Assembly (NCBI GenBank): GCA_964016885.1
Contig: OZ024740.1
Coordinates: 208,940,001 to 209,004,000 of the forward strand
DNA: 64,000 nt
Source: Eledone cirrhosa
Lineage: Eukaryota
Reading direction: 5' to 3'
Shown: one piece after another, positions 53,770 through 64,000 of the stretch
Numbering within the stretch: the stretch's first letter is position 1
Layout of the letters: every line of letters begins with the position of its first letter
Notes under the pieces: model-generated
The model's input: only the letters and a program-made list of their open reading frames with translations
What the model was told of the DNA's origin: nothing
The model's database searches: none
Position numbers and translations under genes: made by a program

Positions 53770-53930
53770 TTACGACTTTCTACGTTCTGAGTTCAAATCC
53801 TGCCAAGGTTAGCTTTGCCTTTCATCCCTATGAGATCAATAAAATAAAGTACCTGTAACGCATTGGGTCAATTTAATCGACTTACTCCTTTCCTTCAAAT
53901 TGCTGGCCTTGTGCCAAATGTAGAACAACA
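53770..53930 (+). mobile_element. Partial tRNA-derived SINE (further partial copies near 24940-25080, 39140-39270, 53625-53710, 61660-61740)
   Basis: B box, core and 3' end. Confidence 0.7.
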
Positions 53931-54261
53931 ACAGCAACAATAAATAGTTCCACATTTGCTGCTAACTAAACTGTTATTTGTTCACCTTCACAGTCATACT
54001 TTTTTCAGAAAGTACGTCCTCCTGATAAGGACGTACTTTCTTAGACCAGCTTGGATTAAGATTAATTCGTGGATTCATTTCACCAGCTTATCTTCTAGCT
54101 GCTATTTCTGTATGGGATTAGCGATTAATTTTATACTGACACACACAGACACACAGACACACACACGCACACACGCACACACATACATATATATATATGT
54201 ATGTGTGTGTGTGTGTGGATCTGTCCTTATGTGTGTATGTCTGTCTGTGTGTCTGTGTCTA

Positions 54262-54312
<51 letters not shown>

Positions 54313-55031
54313 CTGTCTGCCTGTGTGATTATGTGCTTCTGTATGTGTGGGTGGGGGGTGGGGGGGGGCTGTGTGTATATGTGAAAAAGAGAAAGAAAAA
54401 AACTCGCAGCTATCGTTACCAATGATTGGGGGGAAAATATACTTGTTAGTGGGAAATACATTCTAGTTGGCCAATTAGAAACTTCCAAAGCTGTGGTATT
54501 TTACTCACATTAATCCAGATTAAGATCTAGGGTATATAAATCGTGTTAAATCGAATCTGTTTCACAATTCTTCATACTTTTGGAGTATTGGTTCATAACC
54601 GAAAGTGAAAGTGAAACAACTTCAAACTAGTAAGTATCTATCTTTAACCATTGAAATTCTCTGGAAAATTTACATAACATTAACTATGTAATTATGTGTT
54701 TATATATATATATATACAGGGGCGATTTCTCCCCAAACTACCAAAACACACATCTATTTGTATATGCGCTACAATTTATGTACATGTTATGGTTATCGCA
54801 TATCGAAATTTAAAAAAAAAATATCTTGGTTGATATTTGATAATAACAGCTAAACTAATCCCTACAACTAAATTTACCAAATTTACACCACCACCTCCAA
54901 TTCAGAAATGCTTCCACCGCTCCTGATATATGTATGTATCATACATAAGTAAATTTGTCACCAATATACATAACATCCCACTGAAAAGATTGGTAAAATA
55001 TATCTAATTCTAACTTTAAGAAGCATATACA

Positions 55032-55253
55032 TATAGAACATCTTATACATAATCACTGATGGATAGATCCCAGTAAAGTAATCTAAAACAAAACTTTGCA
55101 AGCATCTACCCTAGTGGTAGATTAACTTAAAGCTTAGCGAAGCCTTTTAGCTTTAGGTTACTTAACTAAGATTCTACCACTACGGAAGATGTTTGTGAAG
55201 TTTTCTTGTTTTAGATTACTGGGATCTACCCATCAGTGATTTTGTATAAGATG

Positions 55254-55260
<7 letters not shown>
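55032..55260. repeat. Imperfect about 230-bp palindrome next to (TA)n
   Basis: tatagaacatcttataca.aatcactgatgg.tagatcccagtaa and its reverse complement. Confidence 0.75.
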
Positions 55261-55314
<54 letters not shown>

Positions 55315-55692
55315 TATCACCCCCCCCCCCCCCCCCCGCCGCTATGAAGGAATTTAACTATGTACACTACATCCCGAATAATTGACCACTCCCCGTGACA
55401 GACAAGAAAAACAACAAATTTTTAGGATTTTTTGGTTATATATTTCTGTTCTTTTTTTGTTTTGTTTTGACTGCATTCCCATATATGGACTGTACCCCTT
55501 GATAAGTTCAGCTAGATTCCCGCCGTTCTAATACTGGTGGCTTAGTTCGGAACTAGCTGTCGAAACGGCCGGAGCACAGTCGTCGGGGTCCTGACTCTTT
55601 TCCTATTACCCACTTTACTATCCTAAGTATTGAGTACTCTGGTGCGTTATGGTCCACTTGGTATCTTACCGCATCTTCTTCGTTATACATAC

Positions 55693-55737
<45 letters not shown>

Positions 55738-55847
55738 TAATCCACCTGGTTGTGGTGGGGCTGATAACGTTGTTAGAACTCAATATGCTCTCTTGGAAAG
55801 ATGGTTGCAGCGAGATTAGGCGGTGTGACCAGTAGTTTTTTTAGTAG

Positions 55848-55978
55848 TGTTTCTGAAGAAGACGGTCGATCCAACAGGAATTTCGAGACTAGAAATAGGT
55901 TGTAGCCTAATCACTACTATGGTAATCGATATATCAATTTTCCACAATCAATCGACTCTCTGAAACGATCGTAAAACA
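55848..55978 (+). ncRNA. Hammerhead motif with about 100-nt stem II region
   Basis: TGTTT-CTGAAGA-AGACGGTCGAT...ATCGACTCTCT-GAAA-CGATCG-TA-AAACA. Confidence 0.7.
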
Positions 55979-56040
55979 ATGATCTAATTAACTACCTATC
56001 CCTGACTTCTGTCTTTTTTTCATTATTGTTCTATACACTA

Positions 56041-56091
<51 letters not shown>

Positions 56092-56127
56092 CATATATAT
56101 ATATATACATACATATATATATATACA

Positions 56128-56208
<81 letters not shown>

Positions 56209-56210
<2 letters not shown>

Positions 56211-56372
56211 CGACGTAGTTTCAGATGTTCAAGTCCTTTGATAATTATTATTAAAGGACTTGAACATCTGAAACTACTTCGCTTTTTCTTATTCGATATT
56301 TACTCCGTCACTCCTATGTGGAAAAAGTACGTTGAGTGCTTAAATTGAATTGCATCAATGTTTACCCTAATA
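56209..56372 (+). mobile_element. Short palindrome + tail element in (TA)n
   Basis: 75-bp hairpin carrying the hammerhead 3' half GAAACTACGTC; tail with GTTGAGTGCT. Confidence 0.55.
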
Positions 56373-56382
56373 ATATATATAT

Positions 56383-56533
<151 letters not shown>

Positions 56534-58538
56534 ACATATATTTATATATCCCTCTGTAATTCTTAAAAATTTACAAACACAAGCATACACAGACATACAG
56601 ACAATGTAGTTCATGTATCAGTTAGATTGCTAGAATAAGTAGTTTGGTCCCCAATCACAAGATCCTGCGTTGTAACGTTATATTTGTCACTGTAAATAGT
56701 TATTTCTCCAAATTTATTTAGACATTTAATCCTGGTAGTTTGTTCTATTTCATTTGTACATATATGCTGAACATTTGTAATTACTCTCCGTTCTCCAATT
56801 AAAGCGGGGACATTTGCTTACGTTCTTATAAGCGGGTTGGGGGAATCAGTAATTGTATAGTGTACGTTAGTAAATATGGGATTTCTTGTAATGCTCTTTT
56901 TTTTTTCGTTATATATGTTTTTTTTAACGTAAAATAGAATTCTAATTAGATTCTCCAGCTACTATATCGACATGATTCACTTATAATGGGGGGGGGGGGG
57001 GGGGGATTATTCAAGACCTAAGAGTATATCCTTCAAATGAATTATCAAAATATCAGGATTTTAATCTTTAATCAGTTCCAGGTGTCAGCAAACAACATAA
57101 ACTATAGGTTTCTCTTATACAAAAAATAAATTTACTAAAGCGCAAAATTTCCAGTTTGTATGATTGTACATATACCCAGTAATCTTGGTATATACGGCAT
57201 ACCAATCCTCGACTCCAAAAATGAAATACGTTCAACACTATTGTCATCATTATTGACGACACTAGTTCACTAGTTTAGAAGAATAGACGAATGTTGTAGT
57301 TTACCCGAAATATTTTAGGAGACAAAATTATGTATGTATAATGTATGCACTTAAAGTTTGGTTTTCAAAAAGCAATGGGGTTCACAAAGAATACCAAACA
57401 TTGAGTCATTGCACCTGTATGAAAGATTTATGTAGTTCTAACATTTCCTTAAAATAAACCCTGTTCTAGATATACAAAACAACAGGATAGTCACGGCTGG
57501 ATTGATTTTGTTCATAGGTTTGCTCTATCAGGGCTTATTTTGGATACATCGTTAGCTTGTCAGGGTCAATCCCTCACCAAGATATACAAAGGGAAGGAGT
57601 TTAGCTCTATGTTGCAAGCTAACAGAGCTAATTGTTATTACTTTTGTTTAGAGAGACCAAGGAATAGTTCCTAACCTGTGGTATCTATTAACAGTTAGTT
57701 GAGCTGGACTATTTTAAAGTGATGTGTCATGGCTAAGGGTACAATACAGTGCCAAAGACAGAACATAGACCACCAACCTGCCTGTTGGTTCTCCAGTATT
57801 CTTATCCATTCGGTCATGGTGATGGGGGCCTGCTCGAATTATTTTCGTTGTGGATAAAGTTTTGTTGCTTTAGTTGACACCTCTCACTTGCAATGTCCTT
57901 TTGATATACAGACTGGTTTCATTTGATGTCCCCCACAGGAAGATTGAACATAACTAATGAGTGTTGTTGTTGTTGATGATAATGATGTTGTTGCTCTTGT
58001 TGTTTAACCCTGCATGGTTTGGTTGCTATTTCTAGCAGATCGAGAACTTATTTAAATGTGAGTCGTAGAAGTGAATCTAAGGATTCTTTTTTTTTTTTTT
58101 TTCTAAATAAAGGTCACACTAATTTTGTATTCCACGTTAAAGTATTTTACACAGTTGCATCGAAAGGATTAAGAAAAACTTTTATCACCGAGCGTTGTAA
58201 ATGCATAATCCGTACTTATCCGGCATTAACGGCAAATATTAACTACATATAACAGGATTAATATTTTTTTACTGACATTCTGAATATTAAAGAATTATTT
58301 TCGGGGATTAAAAGAAATTTTCCCGTAAATCTATCGGTTTTTACTTATATATTTATACATCATAGATATGTCTCAGTTTGTGTTGGGGGAAGGATGTGAG
58401 TTGTGTGCTAGTGCCTCTGTGTCTATGGGAGTGAGTGGTTGAGGGGTATGTTGATAATTTCGTCTCTAATCCAACTGTTAAAGTTCAGCGACAATAATAT
58501 TGCATTAAAAGAAAAGATTGTTGTAACAAGACCTGTGC

Positions 58539-59816
58539 AAAGCTGGTAGTAGGCACTGGCTACATACGAAATGTAGGCCTTCAAAGTTGGTTGTAGACCC
58601 AGACATGATCTGAATTGTAGGCCTCCAAAGCTGGCAGTAGGGCCAGACTGGATGAGAAATGTAGGCCTTCAAAGTTGGTTGTAGACCAGACATGATCTGA
58701 ATTGTAGGCCTCCAAAGCTGGCAGTAGGGCCAGACTGGATGAGAAATGTAGGCCTTCAAAGTTGGTTGTAGACCCAGACATGATCTGAATTGTAGGCCTC
58801 CAAAGCTGGCAGTAGGGCCAGACTGGATGAGAAATGTAGGCCATCAAGGTTGGTAGTAGACCCAGACATGATCTGAATTGTAGGCCTCCAAAGCTGGCAG
58901 TAGGCCCAGACTGGATGAGAAATGTAGGCCATCAAGGTTGGTAGTAGACCCAGACATGATCTGAATTGTAGGCCTCCAAAGCTGGCAGTAGGCCCAGACT
59001 GGATGAGAAATGTAGGCCATCAAGGTTGGTAGTAGACCCAGACATGATCTGAATTGTAGGCCTCCAAAGCTGGCAGTAGGCCCAGACTGGATGAGAAATG
59101 TAGGCCATCAAGGTTGGTAGTAGACCCAGACATGATCTGAAATGTAGGCCTCCAAAGCTGGTAATAGGCCCAGACTGGATGAGAAATGTAGGCCATCAAG
59201 GTTGGTAGTAGACCCAGACATGATCTGAAATGTAGGCCTCCAAAGCTGGTAATAGGCCCAGACTGGATGAGAAATGTAGGCCTTCAAAGTTGGTAGTAGA
59301 CCCAGACATGATCTGAATTGTAGGCCTCCAAAGCTGGCAGTAGGCCCAGACTGGATGAGAAATGTAGGCCATCAAGGTTGGTAGTAGACCCAGACATGAT
59401 CTGAAATGTAGGCCTCCAAGCTGGCAGTAGGCCCAGACTGGATGAGAAATGTAGGCCATCAAGGTTGGTAGTAGACCCAGGCCAGATCTGAATTGTAGGC
59501 CTCCAAGCTGGCAGTAGGCCCAGACTGGATGAGAAATGTAAGCCATCAAGGTTGGTAGTAGACCCAGACATGATCTGAAATGTAGGCCTCCAAAGCTGGT
59601 AATAGGCCCAGACTGGATGAGAAATGTAGGCCATCAAGGTTGGTAGTAGGCCCAGGCCAGATCTGAAATGTAGGCCTTCAAGGTTGGTAGTAGACCCAGG
59701 CCAGATCTGAAATGTAGGCCTTCAAAGTTGGTAGTAGGCCAGACTGAATGTGAAATATAGGCCTTCAAAGCTGGTAATAGGCCGAGGCCAGATCTGAAAT
59801 GTAGGTCCTCAAAGCT
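58539..59816. repeat. Minisatellite, 88-bp unit made of two related 44-bp monomers
   Basis: aaatgtaggccatcaaggttggtagtagacccagacatgatctg + aattgtaggcctccaaagctggcagtaggcccagactggatgag, about 12 dimers. Confidence 0.95.
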
Positions 59817-59884
59817 GTGCCTTCTATCCAATGCGTATTTAAAGCTATTAGGACATAGTTAAGATTGTGTTAACATACTTAATA

Positions 59885-60070
59885 TAATTGTTTCTACTTT
59901 AGGCACAAGGCCAGCAATTACCCAGTGCATTACTGGTACTTTATTTTATCGACCCCTTAAGGATGAAAGGCAAAGTTAACCTTGGCGGGATTTGAACTCA
60001 GACCGTAAAGGGACGTAACTATGGTGGAAAGCATGGCGTCCGACCCTCTACCGATTCTACCAATCCACAA
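59885..60070 (-). mobile_element. tRNA-derived SINE
   Basis: Family sequence. Confidence 0.85.
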
Positions 60071-60157
60071 TAGGTTATTAAAAAATAATTTGGTGATGAG
60101 AAATATACCTTAGCTCAATGATTATTATTTTAATCATTTTGACAAATACTGGCGAGA

Positions 60158-60199
60158 ACTCTGTGCATGTTTCGGTTTTATAAGACCTCCTCAGCGAAG
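60158..60199 (-). ncRNA. Degenerate hammerhead motif
   Basis: CTGAGGA-GGTCTTATAAAACC-GAAA-CATG; partial inverted copy at 60581-60602. Confidence 0.4.
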
Positions 60200-60939
60200 C
60201 ATAGACTTCATCATATTTACCAAAGTAGTAATGGGGCAATCGCTAAGTCGATATCCAATATTGTACACTGGTTGGTGGAACAAATTAGCATATATTAATA
60301 CTCAGGCTAATTACTTAGAGACACCATTAATCTATTAAATAGAAAGAGAATAAAAAAAAGTAATTAAAGATCATTATACTGTGATGATGAAAATAAAATA
60401 TAATTTAATTTCTCCTCATGATTTATTTTTCAAAGATGCTAATTTTTCTGAGCCTACTCTTTATTTAGACTAGGGGTCTCTATTTGAGTATGTATTCCTT
60501 TGTGACCCTCTGACAGAAAAGTTTTTTTTTTAAAGGCGGGAGAAACACAATGTGTAAATAATTGGTGATTGTTGGAAAGTGAAGTCTATGCTTCACTGAG
60601 GAAATCTAATATGAGGCTTATATAGGATCGCTCAACTTACAATAAATAGCGCCACATTCTTCAAATGAAAATGTAGGGTGATCATGATTGGAATGTGTTT
60701 TATCAGAGTCGACTTTGGGCTAAACAATAACAGCAACAACATCAACAATAACAGCAGTAGCAACAACAACAACAACAACAGTCAAATCATAACAATGATT
60801 TATATATATATATAAATGTATGCATAGTATATTTGGCAATATACCGTATGTTTAATTAAAAGCATTTTGAAGACCTTACGCTATCATTTTAAAGCAGTGA
60901 CTATATCACTTACTTCTTTTCGGCGAAAGAAGGCAAAGA

Positions 60940-60981
60940 AGCTAACAGTATGTTTCATGCTGTTTGGCAATCATCAGAGCT
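60940..60981 (-). ncRNA. Minimal hammerhead motif
   Basis: Minus strand AGCT-CTGATGA-TTGC caaaca GCAT-GAAA-CA tac TG-TT-AGCT. Confidence 0.72.
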
Positions 60982-61156
60982 ACGTACTGCCCTCTTCCGC
61001 CGAAAATTATAGAAGCTGGATTCTTATAGAATTCCAGTAATAATCAGGAGCTGATTATACAGAGCGATTGCCGGTCTAGCAAAAATTAAGTATTAGGATT
61101 GGTGCTCTGAAATAGGGATGTATACATGAATGTATGCATAGTATATTTGGCAATCC

Positions 61157-61615
<459 letters not shown>

Positions 61616-61781
61616 CGGAAAATTAACGAAATGACAGCTGGAAAGAGAGAAGGCAGCAACAGTCCTGGACTGATACTTTCTTGATTTACCCCGAAGTGAT
61701 GAAAATCAAAGTGGGCCTCAGAGGGATTTACATTCAGAGCCATAAAATGCCGGACTGAATAAGCAACACTATGAAGATTAA

Positions 61782-61968
61782 GGGGCGGTGGATTGGCAGT
61801 GTCGGTAGAGGGTCGGACGCCATGCTTTCCAGCATAGTTACGTCCCTTTACGATCTGAATTCAAATCCCGCCGAGGTTGACTTTGCCTTTCATCCTTACG
61901 GGGTCGATAAAATAAAGTACCAGTAATGCACTGGATAATTGCTGGCCTTGTGCCTAAAGTAGAAACAA
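61782..61968 (+). mobile_element. tRNA-derived SINE with 16-bp TSD
   Basis: actatgaagattaagg on both sides. Confidence 0.9.
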
Positions 61969-62102
61969 CTATGAAGATTAAGGTTTCTGGTAGAAATATC
62001 TAGAAAATACTCAGCTGCTGATACGAAGATTCAAAGAGTAAACTGTTCAATATTTCGAACAATTCCTTTACTCATCGGATTAAATGTATGCATATGGGGT
62101 TG

Positions 62103-62167
<65 letters not shown>

Positions 62168-62184
62168 ATCCACACACACACACA

Positions 62185-62231
<47 letters not shown>

Positions 62232-62854
62232 CCACACACACACACACACACACACATACACACACACACATACACACACACACACCCATCCACACATACA
62301 CACACACACACATCCTCCCACACACACACCCACACACACGCACACACACATACACACACACACACACATCCCCCCCACACATCCACACACACACACACAC
62401 ACACACACCCCACACACATACACACACATACACACACACACACCCACACACACCTACACACACCTTGATAACATCTGTCTTCTCCATTTGGTAGCTGGTT
62501 TGGTCCATGGCTGGTTTACAATATGGGGATTGCAGCTTGGGGTTGGTTTAGCGGGGGTTATCAGTACAGTATTTTCTGAGTATTTTGATTACTGGTTAAG
62601 GTGATCAATGGTTTTATTTATATACATACATACAAACATACATACATATACACACACAAACACATATATATATTCACACATATATTGTGTGTGTGTGCGT
62701 TTGACTACAAAGATATATTCCACTGTACATTGAGAAATCTTCTGAATTAATCTGAAGTCACCTTTCTTGGTCACAAAACCCCGACAATATTCCTTGCTAA
62801 AACAGTGTGATCCTATATGCCAGGGGATCACCTTATATGCCAACAAAATACGGT

Positions 62855-63064
62855 AAAATTGTTTCTACTTTTGGCACAAGGCCAGCAATTACCTAGTGTA
62901 TTACTGGTACTTTATTTTATCGACCCCGTAAGGATGAAAGGCAAAGATAACCTCGGCGGGATTTGAACTCAGAATGGCAAGGGCCGTAACTCTATGTGTC
63001 AAAGCATGGCGTCCGACCCTCTACCGATACTGCCAATCCACCGCCCTTTGCCAATCCACCGCCA
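62855..63064 (-). mobile_element. tRNA-derived SINE
   Basis: Family sequence with duplicated 5' end. Confidence 0.85.
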
Positions 63065-63140
63065 GTAATAATATCTGAAGGACATAAGAATTATGAGTTT
63101 TTATAAAACTAAACACGATTCTCTTTCTTATTATTTCCAG

Positions 63141-63203
63141 AGTATGAGTCTCAGAGAACAGCATGGCGCTGAAAAACTTATTGACGAGTACACACCACCA
63201 GAG
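63141..63203 (+). CDS. Candidate 63-nt host exon (SMSLREQHGAEKLIDEYTPPE)
   Basis: Pyrimidine tract + ttccag acceptor, GAG|gtaaga donor, open frame, length a multiple of 3. Confidence 0.45.
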
Positions 63204-63558
63204 GTAAGACGAATTTATAAATCTTAAAATATTTTAAAAGAAATATTGTTAATAAGATCATGATTATTCAGACTATTAATTTTATTTTTAGAGATGAAAC
63301 ATTAAATATATATATATATATTGAAAAGGGTCCGCCGAGCTGCGGATTATAGAGTCGGGTAAGATCGATACAGATCGAACCTTGAGCTGATCAGTGGCGA
63401 AAAGCGCGTCACCTACCAATAAATGTAATGAAGGAGTAACCAATCGTCCTTGTTATCTTATCAATATAATACACTCTGTATAGCTCTACACCTCGACACA
63501 GAAGTGAACCTAAACATCGAGTGCTCACCCGGGTGAACCTACACTAACTCCAAGTTAC

Positions 63559-63627
<69 letters not shown>

Positions 63628-64000
63628 GAATAATCGAGTATCGGAAAATCAGCTCACGAATTAACGATAAACAAATCCGATATGAGTGGCAGAGGGCTCA
63701 ATAATTTGGATAAATCAGAGCTATAACTATCGTTAAATTACCAACACATAAAGATTAAGCCTAAAATCACCCGTGCAGCCGAAAAAAAACGACCAGGAGG
63801 ATTCGGGTCACTCAAATAAAATATCAATAAATCAATAATTTAAATGAATATATATATATAGAATATAAAACGAAAAATCAGTGATGCGTCTGAACTCAAT
63901 TTATTGTGTGTTACAATTGTTTCGCCGGCGGACAGCTCGAGACGTGATCATTGTGTGGATCTGTCTGATTCTGGATCCGCAGGTTCGACGGATACGTCTA

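Noticed and set aside
58539-59816. CRISPR-like array, coding repeat or snoRNA array
   Set aside because: No unique spacers, unit length not a multiple of 3, no complete C/D or hammerhead motifs
61782-61880. Functional tRNA genes at SINE heads
   Set aside because: No cloverleaf; they continue into the SINE core

Overview
AT-rich, microsatellite-dense eukaryotic DNA made almost entirely of transposable elements. The SINE family and the 5S fragment suggest a mollusc, probably an octopus (inference). It contains two near full-length, inverted Tx1/L1-type LINE copies (261-6227 minus, 25913-31941 plus) that share the same composite 5' flank, plus a truncated sister Tx1. Also present are RTE, CR1/L2, CRE and R4/Dong-like LINE remnants, a decayed Gypsy LTR element, several Penelope-like (PLE) RT/GIY-YIG remnants, about 12 tRNA-derived SINEs, MITEs, a Helentron-like element, a 5S rRNA fragment, an 88-bp (2x44) minisatellite and one candidate host exon (63141-63203). 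The most striking non-coding signal is a set of short, mostly (TA)n-embedded elements from several unrelated sequence families. They are often long palindromes and carry hammerhead-ribozyme cores (CTGAnGA...GAAA...NUH; at least 10 recognisable). Many end in a tail with a shared YYGAGTDCY motif 40-70 nt from the microsatellite junction. These are most likely PLE pseudo-LTR derivatives. All alignments, folds and counts were done by eye, and boundaries are approximate.
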